This document shows, one piece after another, positions 50,943-61,611 of a stretch of DNA of 64,000 bases. The stretch is from Spirochaetaceae bacterium (lineage in GTDB: Bacteria > Spirochaetota > Spirochaetia > DSM-2461): contig OZ245056.1 of NCBI GenBank assembly GCA_965224705.1, positions 960,001-1,024,000 of the forward strand, written 5' to 3'. The notes below the pieces were generated by a model. It had not been told where the DNA came from and did no database searches. It saw only the letters and a list, made by a program, of their open reading frames with translations. Within the stretch, counting starts at the first letter, position 1. The number at the start of each line of letters is the position of its first letter. Made by a program: the position numbers and the translations under genes.

Positions 50943-52103
50943 TCAAGTTTTTTCCTCCCTTCTGACAGCATGGGGCCATCCGGCTACGTTGAATCCATTG
51001 CGTACCATGCTGTTGATTCCGGCGTAGATAAGATACATGCTTTCGCTACTTTCTCCGGTTAAATTGCTCCAGTATCTTAAATTGTCAAAGTGTTTTTCCT
51101 GTATGGTTTTGGCGGATTTGATTTCTATGCCATGACTTTTCCATCCGAAGTCTACAATCAAGTCAAGTTCCTTCTGATGGTTGTCGCGCCAAAAGTGCAG
51201 GTTGTAGGGTTCGCCGGTATTGTAGTTTGCTTTGACGAATTCCATGATGATGAAGTTCTCGAAGATTCCGCCTTTCAGGTAGTGAAAATCAAGTTCTTCT
51301 TTCCTGCGTATTCCAAGTAAGTGGCATAATAACCCGGTATCCGTAAAGTATATTTTTGGGTTTTTGACCAATCTTTTATTGTAGTTTCGATGGTACGGGC
51401 GGAGCTTGTAGATCAAAAAACTGGATTCTAATACCGACAGCCAGTCTTTGATGGTATTATGCGAGACCCCGCATTCATTGGACAGCGGAGCTAAATTCAA
51501 TATCTGTCCGGTTCTCCCAGCCAATAACTTCATAAACTTAAGGAAGACATCCAGTTTTGTGATGTTTTTGATTAACCGTAGATCTTTTTCAATATATGTC
51601 GATATGTAATTCTTGTAGAATGACTGCGCCCTGATGTGTTTGTCGTATATACGGGGGTAGGAGCCTTTGAACAGGAGTGTTTCCAGATTTCGCTCCAGAG
51701 GGCGTAGTTCTTCGGCACTAAAGGGGAGCAGGATAGAAATGCCAATCCGCCCGGCCAGGGATTGGCTTATCCGTTCCATCAATAGGTAATTATGAGAACC
51801 CGTGATGACGAATTGACCGGTTTCACTTGTCTGATCGGCATGGGTCTGCAGGTAGGAAATCAATGACGGAACTCTTTGTATTTCATCAAGTATAATGCTG
51901 CGCTGGTATTTTTCCAGAAATCCTCGTGGGTCATTGACCGCGAATTCCCGGTTGTCGAGGTCTTCAAGGGATACGTAGGCGAAGCTGTTGAACAGTTTTT
52001 TGGCCAGTGTAGTTTTCCCGGATTGCCTGGGGCCTAATATCGCAATAATGGGAAATTCCCGTGTAAGAAGAGATAGTTCTTTCTCTATTGCTCTATTTAT
52101 CAT
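50943..52103 (-). CDS. AAA+ ATPase with DUF4143-type C-terminal domain
   Basis: GPRQSGKT, ILDEIQR, ITGS, PKIYFTDTGL, FWRD..KELDLI...EIKS. Confidence 0.9.
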   Translation of the reverse strand: MINRAIEKELSLLTREFPIIAILGPRQSGKTTLAKKLFNSFAYVSLEDLDNREFAVNDPRGFLEKYQRSIILDEIQRVPSLISYLQTHADQTSETGQFVITGSHNYLLMERISQSLAGRIGISILLPFSAEELRPLERNLETLLFKGSYPRIYDKHIRAQSFYKNYISTYIEKDLRLIKNITKLDVFLKFMKLLAGRTGQILNLAPLSNECGVSHNTIKDWLSVLESSFLIYKLRPYHRNYNKRLVKNPKIYFTDTGLLCHLLGIRRKEELDFHYLKGGIFENFIIMEFVKANYNTGEPYNLHFWRDNHQKELDLIVDFGWKSHGIEIKSAKTIQEKHFDNLRYWSNLTGESSESMYLIYAGINSMVRNGFNVAGWPHAVRREEKT

Positions 52104-52382
52104 GAGGATGATAATACAGATAACTGTACAAATTGGCAATAGGAGTTCAGAAATGTACCATTGTTGGGGACTCAACAAAATAATGGGCCTGGTTGATCAG
52201 GGAATCATCCATTCCCTCCAAAACCTACTTAAGCGAAAGCCCCCTGCACTTGGCAACTCCACCGCAGAAAACCTCTCACGGAGGCACGGAGTTCACGACA
52301 CCAGAGAATTTAAGATATAATTGTTTAGCATGAACTGATTACAAACTTTTCACTGATTTCAACTCAAGAATTATCTTATCCA

Positions 52383-54975
52383 GGTTTTTTAACCGCAGAG
52401 GACGCAGAGAGCGCAGCGGGTTGTCACGGTAATTACTCAGCAAACTCTTATCCTATATTTCTCTACGTATCTCCGCGATCCCTGCGGTTTTATCCCCCTT
52501 CATGGTTTTTAACCGCAGAGGACGCAGAGAGCGCAAAGGGTTGTTCACGGTAATTACTCAGTAAACTTTTTATCTTATATTTCTCTGCGTATCTCCGCGA
52601 TCCCTGCGGTTTCATCCCTCCTCATGTTTTTTTAACCCCAGAGGATGCAGAGAGCGCAGAGGGTTGTTCAAGGTGATTACTCACCAAACTTTTATCCTAT
52701 ATTTCTCTGCGTATCTCCGCGATCCCTGCGGTTTTATCCCCTTTCATGGTTTTTAACCGCAGAGGACGCAGAGAGCGCAGAGGGTTGTTCACGGTAATTA
52801 CTCAGCAGACTTTTTATCCTATATTTCTCTGCGTTCTCTGCGGTTCATTCCCCATATTTCGCTGCATATCTCCGCGATCCCTGCGGTTTTACCTTATTCA
52901 TGGTTTTTTACTCCAGAAGATTCATGGTAACTATTCACCACTCTTTTACCCTATTTTTCTCTGCGTTACTCTGCGTCCTCTGCGGTTCATCCCCTATATC
53001 TCGCTGCGTATCCTTGCAATCTCTGCGGTTTTTACCTTATTCATGGTTTTTTACCGCAGAGGGTTCAAGGTAATTGTTCACCAATCTTTTTATTCCATGT
53101 TGGAGTTTTAACGTGTTGAAATTAATGATCAAGCCGACTTGCAATCTTTTTATTTTTAGATAATTCAGTAATTGAGCTTCATCGATTTTGGTAAGTTCTT
53201 TCACAGCTTTACACTCAATGATTACTTTATCCTCTACAAAAAAATCACATCGGAAACCAACTGCCAATTTTAATCCCTTATACTCAAGCGGCATTTCATG
53301 TTCTTTTTTAAAGGAAAGCCCAGCTATTTCCATTTCTTTTGCCAATGCAGACTGATATACACTTTCAAGGAATCCACAACCAAGTTCTTTGTGTACCTCA
53401 ATAGCACATCCAATTATTTTTTCAGTAACTTCATCTACTTCCATCTTTCTCCGCGTATCTCCGCAGTTTACACCCTCCTTCATGTTCTTTAACCGCAGAG
53501 GGTTCAAGGTAATTGCTCACCAATCCTTTATTCCATTTTTTTAACCGCAGAGGACGCAGAGAGCGCAGAGGGCTCATTGGTAAATATTCACCAACTTTTT
53601 AGCCTGTTTTTTTCTGCTATACTCCGCAAGATCGCGGTTTTTACCTTATTCTTGGTTTTTTAACCGCAGAGGACGCAGAGAGCGCAGAGGGTTCAGAGTA
53701 ATTATTGATCAAACTTTAGATCCTATATCTCTCTGTGTATCTCCTCGCTAGTTTTTTTTACCGCAGAGGGTTCAGAGTAAATAATCACCAAACTTTTATC
53801 CTATATTTCTCTGCGTATCTCTGCGATCTTTGCGGTTTATACCCCCTGCTAGTTTTTTACCGTAAAGTGTTCAAGGCAATTATTTACTAATCTCTTTATC
53901 CCATATTCCTCTGTGGTACTCTGCGTCCTCTGCGGTTCATTCCCCACAATTCTCTGTAGTACTCCGCAAACTCTGCGGTTCTTACCTTATTCTTGGTTTT
54001 TTAACCGCAGAGAGCGCAGAGGATTCAGAGTAAATAATCACCAATCTTTTATCCTATATTTCTCTGCGTATCTCTGCGGTTTATACCCCCTGCTAGTTTT
54101 TTACCGTAAAGTGTTCAAGGCAATTATTTACTAATCTCTTTATCCCATATTCCTCTGCGTAACTCTGCGCCCTCTGCGGTCCATTCCCCACATTTCTCTG
54201 CGTATCTCTGCGTCCTCTGCGGGTCATTCCCCACATTTCTCTGCTATACCCCGCAAACTCTGCGGTTCATCCCCCACTTCTCTCTGTGTCCTCTGCGGTT
54301 CATCCCCTACATTTCTCTGCCGTACCCCGCAACTCTGCGGTTCATCCCCCACATTCCTCTGCGTATCTCTGCAATCTCTGCGGTTTATACCCCCTGCTAG
54401 TTTTTTTACCGTAAAGTGTTCAAGGCAATTATTCACCAAGCTCTTTATCTCATATTTCTCTGCCGTACTCCATAAACTCAGCAGTTCATCCCCCATATTC
54501 CTCTGCGTATCTCTGCGTCCTCTGCGGTTCACTCCCCACATTTCTCTGCCGTACCCCGCAACTCTGCGGTTCATCCCCTACATTTCTCTGCGTATCTCTG
54601 CAATCTCTGCGGTTTATACCCCCTGCTAGTTTTTTTACCGTAAAGTGTTCAAGGCAATTATTCACCAACCTCTTTATCTCACATATCTCTGCCGTACCCC
54701 GCAAACTCTGCGGTTCATCCCCCACATTTCTCTGCAGTACCCCGCAAACTCTGCGGTTCATCCCCCACATTTCTCTGCTATACCCCGCAAACTCTGCGGT
54801 TCATCCCCCATATTCCTCTGCGTATCTCTGCGTCCTCTGCGGTTCATTCCCCACATTTCTCTGCCGTACCCCGCAAACTCTACAGTTCATCCCCCACATT
54901 CCTCTGCGTATCTCTGCGTCCTCTGCGGTTCATTCCCCACATCTCTCTGCAGTACCTGCAAACTCTGCGGTTTAT
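52383..54975. repeat. Dense array of CTCTGCG-based repeats around the GxxExxY gene
   Basis: Many copies of aaccgcagaggacgcagagagcgcagag and ctctgcgtatctctgcgtcctctgcggtt in ~35-125-bp modules. Confidence 0.9.
53037..53444 (-). CDS. GxxExxY protein (PD-(D/E)XK-like)
   Basis: IIGCAIEVHKELGCGFLESVY, RCDFFVEDKVIIECKAV, AQLLNYLK, GLIINF. Confidence 0.92.
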   Translation of the reverse strand: MEVDEVTEKIIGCAIEVHKELGCGFLESVYQSALAKEMEIAGLSFKKEHEMPLEYKGLKLAVGFRCDFFVEDKVIIECKAVKELTKIDEAQLLNYLKIKRLQVGLIINFNTLKLQHGIKRLVNNYLEPSAVKNHE

Positions 54976-54988
54976 CCTCAGTTGGATA

Positions 54989-57821
54989 CTACTTCACCTG
55001 ATAAAACGAATAAGGCTCATTACTCCTATCCCCCGTACCAAAAGTAGGATGCTGCTCCCCAGAAGTCAGCTCCAGCACCTGCCGGTAAACACTGTCCTCC
55101 AGCTCATTCACACTGACAAATCCATCCCGATTAGCATCGGCCAGTCCCCCTTCCAGCGACCGGACAATCGCATAGGTAAAAGCTCCCCCGCCCCAATCCG
55201 AGCGCTCCCAGGCCGCCTCATTCCCCCGCGCCGCGCTGATAACATTGTAGCCGCTGGCCAGAACCAGCTGGTTCACCACCGCGTCAATGTCGGCAGCCCC
55301 CCGCCGTCCAGTGGCCTGACCGCTGCGGCAGGAATCCAGCATAACCAGCACCTTCTCGGCATACACGGAACTCTGCAAATCCTCCTCCAGATCGCGGTTC
55401 TTGTAGCCCAGGGAACTGGGCCGCTCCATATCGCCGTCATGACCCATCAGATAGTACTCGTTCCGGGCATCGGTGGTACCATGACCGGCAAAGTAGAACA
55501 CCGCCACATCGTCCTTGCGGGCTTCGGAGAGAAAGTAGTTCACGCCGTCCTTTATGTTGGAGCGGGTGGCCTCCTCGTCGTAGAGGGTTTTGATCTTCAC
55601 ATCTTTATAGATGTCGGCCCCGCCCTGCTTTCGGAAGAGTGCGGCGATCTTCTCGGCATCGCTTCTGGCGTATTGCAGATTTTGATCCTCCCTGGCATAG
55701 CGGCTAACCCCCACCGACAGCACATACATGGAGGGCGGATTCTTTATCCCCAGCGAGTTCAGATGCAGAACCTGGGTCTCCGAGGCCACATTGCGGGAGT
55801 TGTAGGCGGTCACCTCCACCTCATTTTTTCCCTTCTTTAAGATGAGAGGAATGGTTTTGCGCAGTTCCCGGCTGGCCACGCCCCCCAGACGGCGCAGCCC
55901 CCGCGCCGCGGCATCCGCCAGAGGAGCCCCGTTGATCCGCACATCAATCTTACTTATACCGAAACTGCGGTCCACCGCCTGAATATCCATCTCGGCGGCG
56001 TTGTACACATCTTCCCCGCCTCGGGGCGATACGATAATCAACACCGGCTTGGCGTTCACAAAGGTCAGTTCGCCGTAAACCCCGGCATCCTTGCTGTCGT
56101 CCACCAGCCCCTGGGTGCTTTCCCGCAGATTTTCCACGAGAAAAGTCGATTCCGTCGGCTGGTTGTAGTCATGGGTTTCGGCCTTTTGAATCCAGCCGCT
56201 TCGCCCGTACACGCCCACCTTGTACCAGCCGTTCAGTTCGCCCACGGCGGTGAACACCGCCCCCCTGGCCAAAGAAGCGATGCGCGGCGATTTCTCCGAT
56301 GCGCCGCTGCGCACAATAATACTGTCCCTGGCCGAAACCTGCTTGTTCAAAGCCAGCACCGGCGATCCCACCGTCTGTCCCACCGGCACATCGATTTTTT
56401 CATCCAGCATGGTGCCAAACTGGGGACTGCTAACCAATACCCGCATGGGCAGCGTACTGCCCTTGAATGACGACTTCACGCCTATGGTGGCATCCATGCT
56501 TATGGTGTCGTCCATTTTGAACACGGTGAGATTCTTGGGCTGACTGTACAGGTCTATGGCGGAGGCGCTTTGTTCCAGCACAACCCGTACATCCTCTATA
56601 TCGTAACGGGAGGCGTTTTTGATAATGAAATGGAAGTCCACTCCCTCGCGGATCTGAATCATGCCGTCGCCGTTGCCGGTGGAGGTGGCCGAATCACCAT
56701 CGTCTATGGTGTAGGTGTAGAGAACTTCGGGAAGGCTAAAGATGTCCAGGGCGCCCAGTTCCTGTATCTGATTCCTTGAAAAGGACATGCCGTTGGCGTA
56801 GAATGCCTCGGCCACCTGACGGGACAGATAGTCATTGCGGCCCAGTTCCAGCAGATGAGACGCATCAAACTCCACCCGTCCGTCCAGCAGGGCCAGTTCC
56901 AGGTATTCCTGTGCCGATATTGGAGGCTTCCACGCTAATAAGCGCACGGCTGCGGTAGGCGGCGGTGCCGGTAAAAGATAGTTCCGCTTTGGCACGGGGC
57001 GGCAAATCGGGTTTACCCCGTTCAAAGGCCTCCGGGCTGTCCAAAACCGCAGCCAAGGCGGTCGATCCATAGAGGAGATAGTAGTCCGGCAGTCTGGGGT
57101 CAAGCTCCTCCGCCGCCCAGCTAAGCGCGCTGGGAAAGCCGGAATCGGCAAGGGCCGCGTCGGCTCCCCAGCCCAGAAGCAGGTTCACGGTATCCGTATG
57201 CCTGTGCGCAACGGCCCAGTAGAGGGCGGTGGTGCCGCTTCCCAATGCGTCCACATCGGCCCCCGCCTCCAGAAGCAGTCCGCATAGTTCATCGCTGCCC
57301 CGGTAGGCGGCCCAGTGCAGCGGCCGGTATCCATCCTTACGCGGCAGGTTCACATCCGCACCGGCATGAACCAGCGCGGCGGCAATCTCGCTCTGATTGT
57401 TCCAGACGGCATGATGCAGATAGCCCGCCCCGTCCTCATCGCTCCATTCAATATCCACGGAGTCTGTCGGACTTTAAGACTTCGAGGCGATTTTTGATGA
57501 TTTTTTTCCGATACAAGGCGGCAAAAGCGGAGCGTAGCTGGGCTCCGTGAGCATTTTGACAACGCGGCAGCGGGAAAAAAGGGCAAAAATCGAGCCGTGA
57601 GGCGTAAGTCCGACAGACTCCACGGCTCCATCGTCCAGCAGGCTCACAAACGGCACAGCCGCCCCCTGGAGCAGCAGTTCCAGGTAGGATTTCTGCCTCA
57701 TTGTGTCCAAATCGGCGGCCTGAGCAGTGCCGTCCACGCTGGAATCCTCCGGACTCGTCTTGCAGGCGGCCAGCGTCAGCACCGCCAGTACCGACAGAAC
57801 GTATCGCATACTTTTTTTCAT
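54989..57821 (-). pseudogene. Lipoprotein with ankyrin repeats, SH3-like and caspase (C14) domains; MITE-interrupted and frameshifted
   Basis: Lipobox LAAC near 57821; ankyrin motifs (PLHWAA, GADVN) at 57458-57150; frame change near 56910; FYFAGHG and LDSCRSG dyad motifs. Confidence 0.75.
57460..57620. mobile_element. MITE family A, 161 bp
   Basis: TIRs as above; 4-bp TSD CACG. Confidence 0.92.
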
Positions 57822-58333
57822 TGCTCTTCCTTATCCCAGGATCTTCTATCATGATATTAGGCATATTTGATCTTGTCGATAGAAATGGACGGCAAGGGCC
57901 GAGTCATAAATAACGTTTATATCTGGAACTGCTTTCATCATTGGAAGCTGTTTACATTATACAATAAGAGTAAATACAAGAAGGAATTATGTTGTGTCAG
58001 AAAGCTTGTTGCAGCCTGGCTTCATCAAAATCCAGCCAGACACGTATACCCTTGTCTGGTATAGTCGTTTAACAGTAATTGATGACTGCGATTCTGCGAA
58101 TCACTTTCTGGAACGGTGAGAAGCTTTGTCGGCGAAGATCATTGTAAATACTTATTCTATAACATATTAATTCTCTAATGAAAGCAATCGTTTTATCGAA
58201 CAAGCTTCTTGACACTACAAAAGGGTTATTGGGAGATGTATTGACTCTGATAATCATAAAGCGGCACGATGTGAAAAAGGTAGAGTATTGTGTTCCCGGC
58301 GGCCGAATCTCCGCGATTAAACGAAAAGGAAGC

Positions 58334-59290
58334 ATGAAGAAACGAGCACCTCGAAATCGAACACTGACCTGCTCCGAAGCCGAGCAGGCGACACTGTCCA
58401 GGCGGCTGGTCATCCTGTCCACCGCCGTAGAACCTGAAGAAATTGCGGACCGCATTATCAACCAGAATCTGTGGGATGTAGTGTCCTTCCTGCCGCATGG
58501 CTTTGCCGATCTCCTTATTCTGGACCCTCCCTACAATCTTACGAAGAACTACAATGGCCACGTATTCAGAGAGCGCGAGACAGAGGCCTATGGCAAGTGG
58601 TTTTCTGATCTACTGGAGAAGCTCATCCCCATTCTGAGTCCCTCAGCATCAATCTATGTCTGCAGCGACTGGAAGACATCTACTCTGATCTTTCCACTCT
58701 TAGACAGGCATTTTCATGTACGGAACAGAATCACCTGGGAGCGAGAAAAGGGACGGGGAGCAAAAAGCAACTGGAAGAACAATACAGAAGATATCTGGTT
58801 CTGCACTCGGACGGATGATTACTGCTTCAATGTTGACGATGTGAAGCTGAAACGGCGAGTGATTGCCCCCTATCGCTCTGACGATGGAAGCCCTAAGGAT
58901 TGGGAGGAAGGCAAAAATGGAAACTATCGGCTGACCCATCCATCGAATCTCTGGTCAGACATTACCATCCCTTTCTGGTCCATGCCCGAGAACACAGATC
59001 ACCCGACCCAAAAACCGGAAAAGCTCATCGCCAGGCTAGTCCTTGCCAGCTCACGCCCGGGGGACATGGTCTTTGATCCCTTCCTTGGAAGCGGAACAAC
59101 GGCAGTTGTTGCGCAGAAGCTCAACCGACGGTTCTGCGGTGTCGAATTGAACCAGAAATACTGTTGCTGGACGCAGAAACGCCTGTTGCAGGCCCGGGAA
59201 GACCCTGGCATTCAAGGCTACGCCAACGGCGTATTCTGGGAAAGAAACAGTCTCAACGGCCAAAACACTGGCATGTCACGTTCGCTTTGA
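58334..59290 (+). CDS. Orphan N4/N6 DNA methyltransferase (beta class)
   Basis: DPPYN precedes HPTQKP and DPFLGSGTT. Confidence 0.9.
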   Translation: MKKRAPRNRTLTCSEAEQATLSRRLVILSTAVEPEEIADRIINQNLWDVVSFLPHGFADLLILDPPYNLTKNYNGHVFRERETEAYGKWFSDLLEKLIPILSPSASIYVCSDWKTSTLIFPLLDRHFHVRNRITWEREKGRGAKSNWKNNTEDIWFCTRTDDYCFNVDDVKLKRRVIAPYRSDDGSPKDWEEGKNGNYRLTHPSNLWSDITIPFWSMPENTDHPTQKPEKLIARLVLASSRPGDMVFDPFLGSGTTAVVAQKLNRRFCGVELNQKYCCWTQKRLLQAREDPGIQGYANGVFWERNSLNGQNTGMSRSL

Positions 59291-59515
59291 CAAAGGATCT
59301 CTCCTACTCCGCACACTACGCCTTACGATTCAGCTCATCAGAAACAAGAAGTGATCGGATTCTCTCTCCAAAATCCAACATTGATAAGGAGGCGGCATTG
59401 ATTTCCTCCGACAAGTGATGGCACTGTAACGAGAGGTCAATAGAGATGGTGAAACAGGACAAATCCAGCGCATGCGGAATCCCGTGCTGCTGATTTGCGA
59501 CCTTGGGAAGAGAAG

Positions 59516-60151
59516 ATGAATATACCGGAGACGCTCAAAGACAGAATCGCATTACTGCCAATACCTTACATCGTCGCGATTTCCGGATTTGGCGGTGCGG
59601 GGAAGACAACATTTGCATCAGCTCTGGGGAACGCAATCGGCATACCTGTTATCGGCATTGACTCCTTCATTACCGACAGGACTCGTGATAGCTACAGATT
59701 TTGGAACTTGATCGACTTCAACCGATTCAAAACAGAGGTCTTGCTGCCCTTTTTCACAAAGAAACCCGTTCGATACGGACACTACGACTGGGAGGCAAAT
59801 GAAATCCTGGAAATGCGGGAGCTGCCATCAGCAAAGGGCATCATAGTCGAGGGGGTGGGACTATTCCGCCCTGCATTGCTTGACTGTTTTTCCCTATCCA
59901 TCTGGTTGGAATGTCCCATTGAGACTGCGATGTCACGCGGAATGAAAAGAGATCGTGAAGTTTATCACAATCCACAAGATGAGGCATGGCGAGGGATTTG
60001 GAGACGAAATGACGAGGAATGCTATCGTGAATTTGACCCGGCAAAAGCAGCAGACATCATAGTTGATAACACCAGATCTGAAGTGGCAGAACAGGCTCAT
60101 CGTCTTGCAAACCGCCTGGAGATCCACTATACACCAGAGCATGGAAGCTGA
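59516..60151 (+). CDS. Uridine kinase-like P-loop kinase
   Basis: VAISGFGGAGKTT, IIVEGV. Confidence 0.75.
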   Translation: MNIPETLKDRIALLPIPYIVAISGFGGAGKTTFASALGNAIGIPVIGIDSFITDRTRDSYRFWNLIDFNRFKTEVLLPFFTKKPVRYGHYDWEANEILEMRELPSAKGIIVEGVGLFRPALLDCFSLSIWLECPIETAMSRGMKRDREVYHNPQDEAWRGIWRRNDEECYREFDPAKAADIIVDNTRSEVAEQAHRLANRLEIHYTPEHGS

Positions 60152-60235
60152 CTGAATACAGCGGAAATAGAATTAAGTGTCTATAAACGGCTATGCCTCA
60201 ATCGCCGAATACCAACCATTGAACAGCTGGTCAGG
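60085..60235 (+). mobile_element. IS630-family transposase C-terminal remnant
   Basis: RLEIHYTPEHGS*LNTAEIELSVYKRLCLNRRIP resembles the IS630 HYTPKHGSWLNMAEIE motif. Confidence 0.7.
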
Positions 60236-60324
60236 AAACAGAAAAGTGGAATCTGCCCGCTATGATCCGCTGTATGTGAAGGTGTAGGGTGAAATTGGAC
60301 TCCCGGGATGGGTTGAAGGGGGTT

Positions 60325-60810
60325 TTACAGGCCTTCTGACACTGGGTAAGGGTCCAGATCAATCTCTGAAGCCATAATTGAGTTAAGACGCAAATACTCG
60401 TAAAGTTCAATCCAGTTGCTGCCGGCGACCCGTATCAGTATATTGCTCATCCATCTTGTAACTGGAGGCAATAGCAAAACAATCCCAAAAAATTTGTTGA
60501 CTATCCCGGGTGGTATGAAGAATAGACCGGCAAGGAGTATTATCATGTAATCATTGAACATTTTTGCATCGAATCTTCCCTCATGAATAGATTTTGTCAG
60601 CCGAATACTGCGATTTTCAACCAGTCTATAGGTCAAAAATACACCTGCAGCTGTAATGACGGCGAGAATCGTAACGGTCATCCAGGGGCCGATTAACAGG
60701 GAAAGTTTGAAGAACAAAACAATGTCCAGCAGAATCACAAATCCAAGACAACAGAGAATCCCCAGATAGATACTGATAAGACGGAAGTTCAGAAGTGAAC
60801 TCAGTAACAT
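60325..60810 (-). CDS. FxsA family membrane protein
   Basis: Hydrophobic, with GLFFIPPG...GIVLLLPP. Confidence 0.65.
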   Translation of the reverse strand: MLLSSLLNFRLISIYLGILCCLGFVILLDIVLFFKLSLLIGPWMTVTILAVITAAGVFLTYRLVENRSIRLTKSIHEGRFDAKMFNDYMIILLAGLFFIPPGIVNKFFGIVLLLPPVTRWMSNILIRVAGSNWIELYEYLRLNSIMASEIDLDPYPVSEGL

Positions 60811-60867
60811 TTGATTCAACATGGACTGGGAGTATACCTGTTGTACATGAAAAAAGCCAGTATTGAA

Positions 60868-61611
60868 TCAGGCTTTTCGGATACTGGCTGCAAGGAGGAT
60901 AATGAAGAAGTACAAATATCGAAATAGACGCAGTATTCTCCATGGTCTGATGAGAGTATTGAAGAATCCAGCGACAAGCCGAGCACCCTCTGAATCGTTT
61001 GGCTTTTGTCTTCTACCAGAAAAAACACCGAAGCAGTTTTTCTCCCAGATTGCCAATCCTCCTGCAAGATATTGCCTGTGTCGACTGAACCATAGATGCC
61101 TGCCTTTTAAGCCATCACCAGTAAGAAGCAAAGTTGGAGAGGATTTCTTGATTGCGGTCAATACATCCTTTTTCCGCTTCTTTCTGAAGTTTGCAGCATA
61201 ACGTCCGACAACCCGGATCCCTGGGAATGTTGAACGAAGTGTTGATTCAACCGCACGTACTCCGTTCATATCCAAACCCAGTAAGTAAACAGATTTTGTT
61301 TTCTTTTCCAGGATACCTAGCAGGCGTATGATAAATGAATACGGTCGGTATAGCGGCGATGAAACTTTGTTAAGATAATGAACAGCATTTACAATCAGCG
61401 ACGAAGTTGGAATTATCAATGCGGCCTGCAATAAGGCTTCTTTGCGTTCTGAATCGTGTCTGGATTTCATGAATTCGTGGAAATCAAGGAGGATGATTTG
61501 ACGACAATCATTTCGGTTATAAATTCTTTCAATGACTTCCTGAAGGTTTTCTTCATTGACGATATCAATTGGTAACCCAAGAAAGTAAATGCGTTTTACT
61601 GTAGATCCCAT
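60868..61611 (-). CDS. WecB/TagA/CpsF family glycosyltransferase-like protein
   Basis: FLGLPIDIV, SVYLLG, FPGIRVVG. Confidence 0.75.
   Translation of the reverse strand: MGSTVKRIYFLGLPIDIVNEENLQEVIERIYNRNDCRQIILLDFHEFMKSRHDSERKEALLQAALIIPTSSLIVNAVHYLNKVSSPLYRPYSFIIRLLGILEKKTKSVYLLGLDMNGVRAVESTLRSTFPGIRVVGRYAANFRKKRKKDVLTAIKKSSPTLLLTGDGLKGRHLWFSRHRQYLAGGLAIWEKNCFGVFSGRRQKPNDSEGARLVAGFFNTLIRPWRILRLFRYLYFFIILLAASIRKA

Noticed and set aside
38015..54770. Short ORFs such as NRRGRRERR, NHEPHEKHE, LCVLCG and RRHGGHGG peptides
   Set aside because: They are translations of the 9-nt-period non-coding repeats and are open in several frames on both strands.
50081..54975. Repeat arrays as a CRISPR array
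   Set aside because: No constant repeat alternating with unique spacers, the units are degenerate and nested, and no cas genes are present.
57867..58064. 65-aa AT-rich ORF
   Set aside because: No recognisable motif or RBS.
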